From Alphaproteobacteria bacterium (lineage in GTDB: Bacteria > Pseudomonadota > Alphaproteobacteria > JAAXGF01), in assembly GCA_963555825.3 (NCBI GenBank), contig CAUVXB020000001.1:1856001-1920000 (forward strand): DNA of 64,000 nucleotides. The letters are read 5' to 3'. The notes under the pieces are model-generated. The model was not told the DNA's origin. It made no database searches and saw only the letters and a program-made list of their open reading frames with translations. The position numbers and the translations under genes were made by a program. This document shows positions 10,242-20,875 of the stretch, one piece after another (the stretch's first letter is position 1; every line of letters starts with the position of its first letter).

Positions 10242-11195
10242 TCAACGCTCGACGACGGCCTCGGCGCCGCGCGCTTCGGGTTCGGTGTCGACCATCTCGG
10301 GCGGGAAGCCGGGGGCGCGCAGGTCGCAGCCGCAGGCGTCCTCGAGCCGCTTGACGATCATCGACGACCAGGCGCGCCCGCCGTAGCGTTCGGCGCCGTC
10401 CTTGAAGATGTCGAGCACGATCGGCGAGATCTCCAGCGGCACGTCGCAGCGCTCGGCGAGGCCGTCGAACAGGCCCATGTCCTTGACCACCAGGTCCATG
10501 GTGAAGTTGATGTTGTAGCTGCCGTTCAGGATCACCTGGCTCTCGGTCTCGTGGACGAAGGAATTGCCCGACGAGATGCGGATCGCCTCGTAGGTGGTGG
10601 CGAGGTCCATGCCCGCCTGCTTGGCGACGGTCAGCGCCTCGCCGATCGCCACCAGATGGACCGAGGCCAGATAATTGGTCACCACCTTGAGGATCGACGC
10701 CGAGCCGAGCGGACCGACGTGCAGGATGCGCCGGCCCATCACCTCGAGCGCGGGTAAGGCACGCTCAAAGGCCGCGCGGGCGCCGCCGACGAAGATCGCG
10801 ATGTTGCCGGTCGCGGCGCGGTGGCAGCCGCCCGAGACCGGCCCGTCCATCGGCGTCGCGCCCTTGGCCTCGACGAGGACGGCGAACCGGCGCACTTCGG
10901 CCTCGTCGGTGGTGCTCATCTCGAGCCACATCTTGCCGGTTGTCAGACCGGCGATGACGCCGTCGTCGGCCTCCATGACCTGGCTGACGATTGCCGGCGA
11001 CGGCAGGCAGGTGATCACCAGATCGGCGGCTTGCGCGAGCGCCTTTGGCGTCTCGGCCCAGGCCGCGCCATCGGCCAGGAACGGCTCGGCGGCCGCCCGA
11101 TCGAGGTCGCGCACGACCAACTCGAAACCGTTGCGTTGCAGGCTGCCGGCCAGCTTGCCGCCGACGTTGCCCAGTCCAATGAACCCGACCTTCAT
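10242..11195 (-). CDS. NAD(P)-dependent 3-hydroxyisobutyrate dehydrogenase-family oxidoreductase
   Basis: MKVGFIGLGNVG, DGPVSGG, LKVVTNYL. Confidence 0.92.
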   Translation of the reverse strand: MKVGFIGLGNVGGKLAGSLQRNGFELVVRDLDRAAAEPFLADGAAWAETPKALAQAADLVITCLPSPAIVSQVMEADDGVIAGLTTGKMWLEMSTTDEAEVRRFAVLVEAKGATPMDGPVSGGCHRAATGNIAIFVGGARAAFERALPALEVMGRRILHVGPLGSASILKVVTNYLASVHLVAIGEALTVAKQAGMDLATTYEAIRISSGNSFVHETESQVILNGSYNINFTMDLVVKDMGLFDGLAERCDVPLEISPIVLDIFKDGAERYGGRAWSSMIVKRLEDACGCDLRAPGFPPEMVDTEPEARGAEAVVER

Positions 11196-11409
11196 CAGAT
11201 ACCGCCCCTCTCTTCGAATTTCATAACGAGTTTTCTCGACCGCGCCGTGCCCGCTATCGCTTATGGACCCTGAGCACCTCGTACGTCCAACGGATCGGCG
11301 GCGCAATCGGAAAGTCCTTGGGCGACAGATAGATCGTCGATTCGAAGGACCGCGATTCGTCGGGTTGGATGCGGCCGGCCGGCGAGATGCGCTGCTCGAC
11401 CGCGACCTC

Positions 11410-11500
11410 GCAGCCCAGGCTACGCTCGGCGGCCTTCTCCTGGCGGATGGGACCCCGCCCGACGCGATGACGCGCCTGTCCATGGTGAGAAGTCCGGGCT
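11410..11500 (-). repeat. Partial copy of the MITE at 39282-39555
   Basis: Reverse complement agcccggacttctcaccatggacaggcgcgtc...ggagaaggccgccgagcgtagcctgggct aligns with about 39284-39375. Confidence 0.85.
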
Positions 11501-11573
11501 CGTCGCACATAGCTTCATTGATCAGAGCCCGTTGAAATCAACGTAAAGGGTATATAACCTCACAAACGAGCGA

Positions 11574-13023
11574 GGCGATGTCCCTATCTCTGTTGAAATT
11601 CGTGGGGCAGGCGTCGCTGGTTGATGATGCTATGCTGCCTTCATGATGGTTTCAATGGCACTGTCGGCCTGAGCCTTTCTCAAGTGTTCCTGGAGAGCAT
11701 TTCGGAGGATGGGCAGCTGGCGATAGGCCTTGAGGCGACGGAAGGTTTTCTGGGCCTCCAGCAGGCCGGCGGCGGTCCATCTGAGCGCCATCTCGGCGTG
11801 TCTCCAGCGTTTGACGTTGCGGGTGACCTGGCGCACCGTGCCGAGCGCGTTCTCGACGATGTTGGTGCAGGCGAGCGAGCGCCGGAGTTCGTGCGGCAGG
11901 CCGAGGCGGATGACGGTGAGGATCTCGTCCAGCCCCTCCAGGATGCTGCCCGAGACGCCCGGTTCCTCATGCTCCAGACGCCGGACCAGGTTGCGCAAGA
12001 GCCGCTCGGCCTTGTTTGCGTCGTCCTGGTCCCAGGCCTGACGGAGCGCCTTCTTGACGCTCGCGTGCAAATGTTGGGGCAGGCGCTCGATGATGTTACG
12101 GCCCTTGTGGACCTGGCAGCGCTGGATGGCGGCGGCCACACCGAAGGTGTTTCGGATCGCTTTGCTGAGTGCCTTCGCGCCATCGACGATGAACAGCCGC
12201 GGCAGTGTCGGATCGAGCCCCCTGGCGAGGAGATTGTCGATCAAGGCCTGGACGACGACCGTGTTCTCCGTCGCCCCCTCGACCACGGCCAGGACATGCT
12301 TGTCGCCGTTGCCATCGACGCCGATCGCCGCCATCAGGACATGGTCGCCGACATGCAGACCGTCGATCTGGATGACTAGCAGGTCGAGTTCCGAGAGATC
12401 CGAGGCGAGCCAGGCCTTCATCTTCTTGCGTGACAGCGCCACAAAGCGCCGGGAAACGGCCGACTTCGAGGTGCCGTCGCCACGCGCTTTCGCCAGGTCG
12501 CCCTCGGGCAGACGGACCGCGCGGTGGTACTTGCGGGTCGACACGTTCAGCACCATCAGGTTGAGCGCCCACTCGAGCAGCAGGTTGCCATCGCGTAGCG
12601 CCTGCCAACTCTCCAAGCTCACCTCTTTGCCCGCCCGGTCACGAACCCGTGGCCGGGCCACCTTCACTTTGCCGCCGTGGTAGCCGATCTCGCTATGTGT
12701 CCTGCCCCAGCGATAACCTCGACGGTCCCCATGGCGGCGATGTCGGGCCCCGCACACGGTCGTGGCGTCCTCCTCCATCATCTCGGCCAAGGCCTCGACC
12801 CCGGCCAGAAGACAAAACCGATCCACGCTGAGATGGACTGCGTCCATCGCGTCCGCCAGCGGCGGCATAGGAATCGAGGGGGCAAGGGCTTTCGGGCGGC
12901 TGGAACTACGGATATTCTTTCCCATGGTGTCGTTCTCCCTTTTGGGTTTGCAGCACCCGGAGCCTAACGGCTCCAGGAGAGCGACACCTACCTCAACTTT
13001 TCAACATCGACCGGGACATCCCC
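11574..13023 (-). mobile_element. IS256-family element, copy 2 (inverted, no TSD)
   Basis: Same length, ends and ORF translations as copy 1; flanks acgagcga and tgaagaac do not match. Confidence 0.95.
11630..12925 (-). CDS. IS256-family transposase
   Basis: Protein identical to 4771..6066. Confidence 0.95.
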   Translation of the reverse strand: MGKNIRSSSRPKALAPSIPMPPLADAMDAVHLSVDRFCLLAGVEALAEMMEEDATTVCGARHRRHGDRRGYRWGRTHSEIGYHGGKVKVARPRVRDRAGKEVSLESWQALRDGNLLLEWALNLMVLNVSTRKYHRAVRLPEGDLAKARGDGTSKSAVSRRFVALSRKKMKAWLASDLSELDLLVIQIDGLHVGDHVLMAAIGVDGNGDKHVLAVVEGATENTVVVQALIDNLLARGLDPTLPRLFIVDGAKALSKAIRNTFGVAAAIQRCQVHKGRNIIERLPQHLHASVKKALRQAWDQDDANKAERLLRNLVRRLEHEEPGVSGSILEGLDEILTVIRLGLPHELRRSLACTNIVENALGTVRQVTRNVKRWRHAEMALRWTAAGLLEAQKTFRRLKAYRQLPILRNALQEHLRKAQADSAIETIMKAA

Positions 13024-13153
13024 TGAAGAACGCGCAGAACGCGTAGACGTCAAGGTTTTAAGGAAATATGAGCCAGCTGTTGAAGTCGTTCCACCTTTCC
13101 AGGCCGTTATAGACGGATGGACATCCATCGATATTGATAGCCAATGCAATATC

Positions 13154-13741
13154 TTGGGGTTTATGGGTTTGGACTCTGGCTTCCCCGCCGTCCCATTTCC
13201 TGAGGGTGTAGATCAACTTCAGTTGAAAGCGAAGCAGTTCTTTGCAATTTCTCAGATTGCAATCCGCTCGCTGGGGTCGAATTTTCGTTATCTTGATGGA
13301 GGACGAACGGAACCGGACACAGCCAATGGCCCCTTTCGTTTTGATTTCCGAGGTGAGCTTGCCTTGCAGGAGCGGGACGTTGCTGTATCAGCGCATTGTA
13401 CGTCTCAGAAGAGCCCCGTGCGAGCAGAGCAGATTGAGGACTTGGCTGCGCGGTCACGAGCCAGATGCGCTGATGTGACGTTTCTTTTCGCGATTTCGTC
13501 ATTTGCCGAGAACGGACTAAAGCTTGCGAGACAGGCTGGGATCCAACCGATCCTTGTGACCTCCAGAACTCCTCCATTCCGTAATGTCCTTCGGATCGCC
13601 ATCGATTCGTTAGATGGGGAGGTGATTAGATACCCGGCTCATAGCTTTTGGCATCCTGTAGTCGATAATGACATATCAAGATTTGATGAGATACGTCGGC
13701 GAGAGCAGATTCTGGAGACTTTTCCGATCTTCTCGTGCTAA
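13154..13741 (+). CDS. Mrr-like restriction-endonuclease-fold protein, probably inactive; start uncertain
   Basis: FD...AHCT..KSPV..EQI...FAISSFAENGLKLARQAGI follows the Mrr_cat pattern; lower GC than the backbone. Confidence 0.55.
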   Translation: MGFMGLDSGFPAVPFPEGVDQLQLKAKQFFAISQIAIRSLGSNFRYLDGGRTEPDTANGPFRFDFRGELALQERDVAVSAHCTSQKSPVRAEQIEDLAARSRARCADVTFLFAISSFAENGLKLARQAGIQPILVTSRTPPFRNVLRIAIDSLDGEVIRYPAHSFWHPVVDNDISRFDEIRRREQILETFPIFSC

Positions 13742-13959
13742 CAATGTGCACAGAAATTTTTTACTGCAAAGAGTACAAATAAATCGATTGTGGGCCTGGA
13801 ATATCACTGCACCAAGTGCACCCGTTCGGCCCGTGGACCCAGTACAACGAAATGTGCACATAATCCAAATCCCACACTTGATTTGTGCCGAAGCAGTCCC
13901 GCAGTTTCGTCAACTGGTTTCAGCTACCCACGAAACCAGGCGACGAGCGCGGGAGACCC

Positions 13960-15144
13960 TCACACCGGCTGGTCGTGCATTTCGAGGTGAAGGCGCTTGC
14001 CGGTGTACGGGTTGGCCTCGGCGACCGCCTCGTCGAGCTCGACGCCGATGCCAGGCGCGGTCGGCGGGATGATGTAGCCGTCCTGCCACTGTAACGGGGC
14101 CTTGAGGATCTCGGCGTGGAAGCCGCCGCAGGTCAGGATGCACTCTTGGATCAGGAAGTTGGGGCTGCAGGCGCCGATCTGGATGTTCGCCGCGGCCTCG
14201 ATCGGCCCGCAATAGAGATGCGGCGCGATCTGCGCGTAATGCGCCTCGGCCATGCCGGCGATCTTCTTGGCCTCGAGGATGCCGCCGACCCGGCCGAGCG
14301 CCATCTGCAGGATCGACGCCGCCTGCTTGGCCAGCACCCGGGCGAACTCGTACTTTGTCGTCAGCCGCTCGCCGGTCGCGATGGGAATAGACGTCTGGCG
14401 CGCGACACACGCCATCTCGTCGACGTTCTCGGGCGGCACCGGCTCTTCGAACCACAACGGGTCGTAGGGTTCCAGCCGCCTGGCGAGGCGGATCGCGCCC
14501 GCCGTGGTCATCTGGCCGTGGCTGCCGAACAACAGATCGGCGCGGCTGCCGACCGCCTCGCGAATTTTCCCGCAGAAGGTCTCGGCGCGATCGAGCGCCT
14601 CGAGCGAGAGCTGGCGCGGATCGAAGGCCGAGAACGGACCAACGGGGTCGAACTTGACCGCGGTGAAACCCATGTCGACGTACTCGGCGGCGCGCTGGGC
14701 GGCGAGGTCGGCGTCGGTATAGACGTCGGCCGCATCGCCCTCGGCCGGGTAGAGATAGCTGTACGAGCGCAGCTTTTCGTGCACCTGGCCGCCGAGCAGC
14801 TCGTAGACCGGCTTGCCGAGCTCCTTGCCGATGATGTCCCAGCACGCCGTCTCGATGCCGCTCAGGACGCCCATCAACGAGGCATCGGGGCGCAGCAGAA
14901 ACCCAGAGCCATAGACGACTCGCCATAGCCGCTCGATCTTGAACGGATCGGCGCCGATGACGTGGAGCTCACAAACGTCCTCGATCATCTTGGCGACGAC
15001 GTCGGGGTGGAACGGCACCGAGTAGACCTCGCCGTAACCGTCGATGCCCGAATCGGTGGTCAGCTTGACGAAGACCCAGTAAGCGCCGCCGAAATGGGGC
15101 GGCGGATTGCCCACCACGAAGACCTTGGCGTCGGAATTTTTCAT
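13960..15144 (-). CDS. Mandelate racemase / muconate lactonizing (enolase superfamily) enzyme
   Basis: VVGNPPPHFGG, ETACWDIIGK, WFEEP, ATGERL, APHLYCGP. Confidence 0.92.
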   Translation of the reverse strand: MKNSDAKVFVVGNPPPHFGGAYWVFVKLTTDSGIDGYGEVYSVPFHPDVVAKMIEDVCELHVIGADPFKIERLWRVVYGSGFLLRPDASLMGVLSGIETACWDIIGKELGKPVYELLGGQVHEKLRSYSYLYPAEGDAADVYTDADLAAQRAAEYVDMGFTAVKFDPVGPFSAFDPRQLSLEALDRAETFCGKIREAVGSRADLLFGSHGQMTTAGAIRLARRLEPYDPLWFEEPVPPENVDEMACVARQTSIPIATGERLTTKYEFARVLAKQAASILQMALGRVGGILEAKKIAGMAEAHYAQIAPHLYCGPIEAAANIQIGACSPNFLIQECILTCGGFHAEILKAPLQWQDGYIIPPTAPGIGVELDEAVAEANPYTGKRLHLEMHDQPV

Positions 15145-15235
15145 GGCCGCAAACTCATGCAATGTCCTGACGTCATAGAGACCAGCGGCGAGCCGGATGC
15201 AAGTGCCGAATCGCGCGCCACCCCATGGAGTTTCA

Positions 15236-15324
15236 CTGTTTACAATAAACATAAGCAGTTTACAATTTATACGCAATCGGACGTACGTGGTCCGCCAGGG
15301 TGGTTTTTAATTGTATACTGCTTA
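15236..15324. promoter_or_regulatory. Repeated operator-like boxes, GntR-type candidate
   Basis: taagcagtttacaattt (15252-15268), inverted copy taattgtatactgctta (15308-15324) and ctgtttacaat (15236), in an AT-rich spacer. Confidence 0.5.
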
Positions 15325-15351
15325 CATTTAAATGGGCCGCCGGACTCTGCT

Positions 15352-17061
15352 CTATCGAAGCATATAGGCGCGGCTCAGCGCGACCGTCTCGACCGGCTCC
15401 GACGCCGCCAAATCGCCGTCGACGAAGACCTCGAAGGTCTGCGAATCGACGCGGATATCTGGGTAGGCGTCGTTGTGCAGCATGTCGCGCTTGGTCAGCT
15501 TGCGGGTCTCGCCGAGCGGCAGCAGGGGAATCGCGATGTCGTGCCGGCCGGCCAGGTCGCCGTCCAGCGCGTGGCGATGCACGAAGGCCGCGTTGAGCGT
15601 CGAGGGCGCCGACCCCGTCGCGCCCCATGACGGCCGCATTATGTTCGGCTCGACGTGGCCGAGCGCGCCGGCTGCGTCGCCCATCGGGCCCCATGCCATC
15701 ATGCCGCCCTTGATGACCATCGCCGGCTTGACGCCGAAGAAGGCCGGTTGCCAGAGCACGATATCGGCCATCTTGCCCGGCTCGAGCGAGCCGATGTAGG
15801 CGTCGATGCCGAAGGTGCGCGCCGCGTTGATGGTGTATTTCGCGATGTAGCGCAGGATGCGTGCGTTATCGGCGTCGGCGTAGGGCTCGTGCGCCAGCGG
15901 ACCGCGCTCGTCCTTCATCTTGGCGGCGAGCTGCCAGGTCCGCAGCACGACCTCGGCGACGCGCCCCATGCCCTCGGAATCGGAGCCCATCATCGAGATC
16001 GCGCCGAGATCGTGCAATACGTCCTCGGCAGCCATGGTCTGGGGCCTCAGCCGGCTGTCGGCGAAGGCGACGTCCTCGGGCACGTCTGGGCTCAACTCGT
16101 GGCACAGCATCATCATGTCGAGATGCTCGTCGAACGCGTTGCGCGTGAACGGGTTGGTCGGGTTGGTCGACGACGGCAGGCAGTGGGGCTCGCCGTTGCA
16201 CCGGATGATGTCGGGCGCGTGGCCGCCGCCGGCGCCCTCGGTGTGGTACATGTGGACTGTGCGGCCGGCGATCGCCTCCATGGTGCGTTCGTAGAAGCCG
16301 GTCTCGTTCATCGTGTCGGCGTGGAGTTGGACCTGGAAGTCGTAATCGTCGGCGACCGAAAGACAGGTGTCGATGGTCGCCGGCATGGCGCCGATGTCCT
16401 CGTGGATCTTGACGCCGATGACGCCGCTGGCGAGCTGTTCGATGATTCCCTCGGGCCGGTGCGCGCTGCCGCGGCTGAACAGGCCGAAGTTCATCGGAAA
16501 GCCTTCGGCGCCCCTGAGCATCCGCGTGTTCGACCAGACGCCGCCCGAATCCACCGCCCAGCAACCGGGATAGCCGCCGCCGATCATCGTCGTGAGCCCG
16601 CTGCTCAGCGCGTGCCAGACCTCGGCGGGCTGGATGTAGTGGGCGTGCACGTCGATGCCGCCGGGCGTCGCGATCAGGCCTTGGGCGGGCACCGGCTTGG
16701 TCGACGGGCCGACGATCAGGCCGTCGTCGACGCCCGCCATGGTCGCCGGGTTGCCGGCCTTGCCGAGGCCGGTGATCTTGCCATCGCGGATGCCCAGATC
16801 GCCCTTCACGACGCCGAGCACGGGATCGATGATCAGCACGTTGTTAAGCACCATGTCGACCGCGCCGTCGGCGGCCGTGTGGCCGGCGGCGACCGCGCCG
16901 CCGTCGCGCATGGTCTTGCCCAGGCCGGTCAGGCACTCCTCGCCGTAGGTCGCGTGGTCGCGCTCGACCCTGGCGAGCAGGCTGGTGTCGCCGAGCCGCA
17001 CCCGGTCGCCGGTGGTCGGTCCGTACATCGCCGCGTAGTCGCGCCGTGAGATCGTCGCCAT
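15352..17061 (-). CDS. ureC: Urease alpha subunit, divergent paralog
   Basis: [65 protein letters not shown]. Confidence 0.9.
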   Translation of the reverse strand: MATISRRDYAAMYGPTTGDRVRLGDTSLLARVERDHATYGEECLTGLGKTMRDGGAVAAGHTAADGAVDMVLNNVLIIDPVLGVVKGDLGIRDGKITGLGKAGNPATMAGVDDGLIVGPSTKPVPAQGLIATPGGIDVHAHYIQPAEVWHALSSGLTTMIGGGYPGCWAVDSGGVWSNTRMLRGAEGFPMNFGLFSRGSAHRPEGIIEQLASGVIGVKIHEDIGAMPATIDTCLSVADDYDFQVQLHADTMNETGFYERTMEAIAGRTVHMYHTEGAGGGHAPDIIRCNGEPHCLPSSTNPTNPFTRNAFDEHLDMMMLCHELSPDVPEDVAFADSRLRPQTMAAEDVLHDLGAISMMGSDSEGMGRVAEVVLRTWQLAAKMKDERGPLAHEPYADADNARILRYIAKYTINAARTFGIDAYIGSLEPGKMADIVLWQPAFFGVKPAMVIKGGMMAWGPMGDAAGALGHVEPNIMRPSWGATGSAPSTLNAAFVHRHALDGDLAGRHDIAIPLLPLGETRKLTKRDMLHNDAYPDIRVDSQTFEVFVDGDLAASEPVETVALSRAYMLR

Positions 17062-17064
17062 GGT

Positions 17065-17766
17065 TCAGGTCCCCCGGTAGCCCTGCTCGCGGGCGCGTTG
17101 CAGCGCCGCTTGCTTGACCGCCTCGTCATGCACCGAACCGTCGGTCAGGTTGTTCAGGCCGGTGATTTCGCCGCTGCCGCCAAACGCGACCAGGATGACC
17201 TCCTTGCTCTCGCCCGGTTCGAAGCGGGCGGTGAGGCCGGCGGCGACGTCGAGGCGCATGCCGAACGCCAAGGCGCGGTCGAACTCGAGCGCCTTGTTGG
17301 CCTCGAAGAAGTGATAGTGGCTCGAGACCTGGACCGGCCGGTCGCCGGTGTTGAGCACGACCAACGTCACCCGGGGCCGGCCGGCGTTGAGCGCGATCTC
17401 GCCGTCCTCGGTGATGATCTCGCCGGGCCGCGACGCTGGGGTCTCGGCGACCGCGTCGGCGCCCGGCCGGATCGGGTCGTGGACGGTGATCATCTTGGCG
17501 CCGTCCTCGAAATGTGCCTCGACCAGCAGGATGGGGATCAGCCGGCGAACACCGGGCAAGACGTCGTCGGACGTCAACAGCGTCGAGCCGTATGCCATCA
17601 ACTCGGCCAGGCCCCTGCCGTCGCGGGCGCCCTCGATCAGCTCGTCTGAGAGATAGGCGATCGCCTCGGGATGATTGAGCTTCAGGCCGCGCGCCTTGCG
17701 CCGGCGCGCCAGCTCGGCGGCCATGAAGATAGTCAACCGTTCCATCTCGGTCGGGGTCAGCAGCAT
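17065..17766 (-). CDS. ureAB: Fused urease gamma/beta subunit
   Basis: [11 protein letters not shown]...GLKLNHPEA followed by [19 protein letters not shown]. Confidence 0.92.
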   Translation of the reverse strand: MLLTPTEMERLTIFMAAELARRRKARGLKLNHPEAIAYLSDELIEGARDGRGLAELMAYGSTLLTSDDVLPGVRRLIPILLVEAHFEDGAKMITVHDPIRPGADAVAETPASRPGEIITEDGEIALNAGRPRVTLVVLNTGDRPVQVSSHYHFFEANKALEFDRALAFGMRLDVAAGLTARFEPGESKEVILVAFGGSGEITGLNNLTDGSVHDEAVKQAALQRAREQGYRGT

Positions 17767-17803
17767 CCGTCGTCCTCCTTCCCTGGGGTGATCGTCAGCA
17801 GGT

Positions 17804-18688
17804 TCACTTGCGCCGCCGTCCGGGAGGATGTCCGGTCAGCGCGCGGCGCGCGGCGCTCCACAGCGCGCGCATGGCGGCGTTCAACGCGACGCCGTCGCTG
17901 GCGGTGATCCGGGCCCAGGCGCCGCAGTCGTTGGCAAGCGTCGAGGCGGCGCCGTAGACGGTTTCTCCCAGCGCGTCGAGGCCGCCTCTCAAGGCATCCG
18001 CCAAAGGCCCCGCGTCGCGCCCGCGATCGATGACGGCGAACGTGCCGTGGGCGCCGTGGCCGCCGGTGACACCGATGCGCCGCGCGGCGATCTCGACACC
18101 CGTCACCGCGTAGCGGTCGAGCGCCAGGAGCCGGCCGGCCCAATCGACGATGCGAAGCGTGCTCTCCAACGCCTCGAACGGCGTGTCTTCGCCGTCGGGA
18201 TCGTGTCCGATATAGCTTTCGCCGATGGTCACGGTGGCATCGTCGTCGATGGTGACGTCGAGCGTCGAGCTCAGTGTCGCGCCGGGGAACAGGATAGTCG
18301 CATCGGGCATGTATTCGAGATACGCGCCCGCCGCCGCGCTGAGCGCGACGAATTGGCCCGCCCGGTCGGGCGCCGTGCGATGGACGATGGTGGCGGCCTG
18401 AGTCGTGACATGCGTCCGGGCGCCTGTCCGGGCCGTGATGTCGATGCGCTGCCGGTCGCCGGCGAAAAGCCCGCCGGCGGTCGACTGGATGTAGACCGTC
18501 GCCATGCCCGGCGCGTCGCCGTCGAGATAGAGAGCGCGGCCCAAATGGAACGGATAGCCGGCGTGTTGGTCGGCGACATGGGTCCGGCCGTCCGGGTCGC
18601 TTCGGAATTCGAGCTTCAGTCGTCCTTCGCGCAAGCTTCGCTCGGCCGGCGCCTCGCGCGGGGTGCGCTCAATCGAGGAAAAGGACAT
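17804..18688 (-). CDS. ureD: Urease accessory protein UreD
   Basis: GGLFAGD, TTQAAT, LEYMPD. Confidence 0.88.
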   Translation of the reverse strand: MSFSSIERTPREAPAERSLREGRLKLEFRSDPDGRTHVADQHAGYPFHLGRALYLDGDAPGMATVYIQSTAGGLFAGDRQRIDITARTGARTHVTTQAATIVHRTAPDRAGQFVALSAAAGAYLEYMPDATILFPGATLSSTLDVTIDDDATVTIGESYIGHDPDGEDTPFEALESTLRIVDWAGRLLALDRYAVTGVEIAARRIGVTGGHGAHGTFAVIDRGRDAGPLADALRGGLDALGETVYGAASTLANDCGAWARITASDGVALNAAMRALWSAARRALTGHPPGRRRK

Positions 18689-19304
18689 CGCGTGACAACC
18701 GATCGACGACCCGGTCGATGCCTTCGCCGGTCGCGCAGTTGGTCAGCAGGATGGGTTTGCCGTTCCTGATCGCCGTGCCGTCGCAAACCATGACGTCGAG
18801 GTCGGCGCCGACCAGCGGCGCGAGGTCGATCTTGTTGATGACCAGAAGATCCGAACGCACGATGCCCGGCCCCTTCTTGCGCGGGATGTCGTCGCCGCCG
18901 GCCGCGTCGATGACGAACAGCCAGTAGTCGACCAGATCGAACGAAAAGGTCGATGCCAGGTTGTCGCCGCCCGATTCGATGATCACGACCGAAACGTCGC
19001 TAAAGTCGTCGATCAACCGCTCGACCGCCTGGATGTTCAAGGTAGGGTCCTCGCGGATCGCGGTGTGCGGACAGGCGCCCGTCTCAACCGCGAGCACGCG
19101 CGCGGCGTCGATCAGGCCACTCCGCCTGAGACGCTCGGCGTCCCCGCGCGTCACCAGGTCGTTGGTGACCACGGCGACTTCGGCGCCGCGCGCGCCGAGC
19201 GCGGGGATCAGCCGCTCGATCAGCACCGTCTTGCCCGAGCCGACCGGCCCGCCGATGCCGATGCGCGCGACCGAGCGCGGGATGGCTTGGGGCGTGGCGG
19301 TCAT
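18669..19304 (-). CDS. ureG: Urease accessory GTPase UreG
   Basis: [32 protein letters not shown]. Confidence 0.93.
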   Translation of the reverse strand: MTATPQAIPRSVARIGIGGPVGSGKTVLIERLIPALGARGAEVAVVTNDLVTRGDAERLRRSGLIDAARVLAVETGACPHTAIREDPTLNIQAVERLIDDFSDVSVVIIESGGDNLASTFSFDLVDYWLFVIDAAGGDDIPRKKGPGIVRSDLLVINKIDLAPLVGADLDVMVCDGTAIRNGKPILLTNCATGEGIDRVVDRLSRDVLFLD

Positions 19305-19331
19305 CGATGTCTCTCCCCCGGTGTCGCTTCG

Positions 19332-20009
19332 CTAATTCATGAACAGGCGGGTCTCCGCCGTCTCGTGGCGCATGCTGGCGATCTCGGTCTGGGGCACGAA
19401 GGCGGCGATCTCCTCGATCGGACACGGCGGTCGATCGAGCGCCTCGGCGACCGGTTCGGCCACGCGCGTCAGGATGCGTTGCGCGTCGACGTGGCCGATC
19501 ACGCCGAGCCTGACGGCTGCGCCCAAGAGCCCGATGCACAGACTATGCGCCGAAAGCGCGCCCAGCGCGGCGCGCCCGACGCCGGCGTCGCGCCACACCA
19601 TGCCTTGCACGATGGCGAGATGGCCCAGTGCGTCGCCGCGCGCGATGCGCCGCCGGTAGGCGTCGGCCCGCGGCGTGCCGAGCCGCGCGTGGACGCCGAG
19701 CAGGGCCGCGCCAGCACGGCGCGAGCCCACGCGCAGCTCGCACGCCAGCGTCTGCGCCTCGACGCGCGCATCGACGCCACAGAGCGCATCGGGATCGTCG
19801 GCGTGGTCGAAGGCGTGGCGCGTCACCGGCCAGTCGAAGCCCGCCCAGCGGCCCGAGATCTGGCCCGCGACGAAGGCCGAGACATCGTCCGCGTCGGCGA
19901 CGATACCGTCGGCGCAGAGGCCCTCGAGGCCCCAGGAAAACGATGTCGCGCCGCCGGGAAAAAAGCTGTCGCCGTGCTGGAGCAGTGCGAGGAAGGACGG
20001 GTCAGTCAT
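19332..20009 (-). CDS. ureF: Urease accessory protein UreF
   Basis: LQHGDSFFPGG.FSWGLE; C-terminal RHE...RLFMN. Confidence 0.9.
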   Translation of the reverse strand: MTDPSFLALLQHGDSFFPGGATSFSWGLEGLCADGIVADADDVSAFVAGQISGRWAGFDWPVTRHAFDHADDPDALCGVDARVEAQTLACELRVGSRRAGAALLGVHARLGTPRADAYRRRIARGDALGHLAIVQGMVWRDAGVGRAALGALSAHSLCIGLLGAAVRLGVIGHVDAQRILTRVAEPVAEALDRPPCPIEEIAAFVPQTEIASMRHETAETRLFMN

Positions 20010-20457
20010 CCGCCGGTCTCCGCGCGCGCCCGTCATCGAGGAACGGTTTGAGGCGCGCGAGGTAGTCGGCCTCCGGACCCTCGAGCGCGATCAGGATATG
20101 CGCCCCATCGAAGCGGACGCGCCAGTGCAGGTTGCCGGCGAAATAGCCGAGCTCGAGCGCAGCCGTCGTATCGCGCGGCGCGAGTTCGAGCCAGCGTTCC
20201 TCGGTCATCTGGACGACGATGGCGCGGTCGTCGTCGAGCGCGACGACCGCGCCGTCCGAGAGCCGCTGGTCGCCGGGCAGCGCGACGGCGCAGTCGGTTC
20301 CAAGGTCGGTCGTCGCCCGCAGCCGCCGGCGGAGAGTGTCGTCGCGCGCGAGCGTTAGATGCTCGACCCGCCCCCCGGCGTGCGCCAGATCGTGGAGTCG
20401 CTGAGCGATCTCCGGCTCGCTGGCAAAGCCGATGATGGTGGTGACGGCGATCGGCAT
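20002..20457 (-). CDS. ureE: Urease accessory protein UreE (no His tail)
   Basis: RRRLRATTDLG, LSDGAV, ELGYFAGNLHW. Confidence 0.85.
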   Translation of the reverse strand: MPIAVTTIIGFASEPEIAQRLHDLAHAGGRVEHLTLARDDTLRRRLRATTDLGTDCAVALPGDQRLSDGAVVALDDDRAIVVQMTEERWLELAPRDTTAALELGYFAGNLHWRVRFDGAHILIALEGPEADYLARLKPFLDDGRARRPADD

Positions 20458-20633
20458 TGTGACCAAGGCCTGGGTTGGCGTGCAGGGCGACGGCAAAGGT
20501 TAGATCATCGTAGCATGACTGTCACCCGGCGGTGGCGCCAACGTCTCGTCAGGACTGGCCGCTCGCGGCCGCCCGCCGGATCACCGACGAGATGGCAGGC
20601 GCTGCCGGCTAATGCGATGAACAACGAAGTTTT

Positions 20634-20756
20634 TCAAGATCCACCGCCGAATTTTACCAGGGTTATGGCGAAAAAGAGCAACGCAAACCCGAGCAGCATT
20701 GCCGCAACCGTCAGGTTTAATCGGCGCTTTCGTCTGTGGTGTTCGGTAATCGGCAT
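20634..20756 (-). CDS. 40-aa CoxF-like small membrane protein (not in ORF track)
   Basis: MPITEHHRRKRRLNLTVAAMLLGFALLFFAITLVKFGGGS: basic stretch plus one TM helix, downstream of the cox operon. Confidence 0.6.
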   Translation of the reverse strand: MPITEHHRRKRRLNLTVAAMLLGFALLFFAITLVKFGGGS

Positions 20757-20875
20757 CCGGGTCTAGGTTGGGCTATCGAACAGCAGCCGAAATCTGGGTG
20801 TTTCGAAATTGGGCGCCGTGATTAATCAAGGACGGTGCGACGGTGGCGCGCGCATCGAGACGCTTGGCGATGCCG

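Noticed and set aside
4673-13023. Composite transposon or inversion bounded by the two inverted IS256 copies
   Set aside because: Copy 1 keeps its own TSD and splits a gene that rejoins in frame, and the outer flanks share no duplication.
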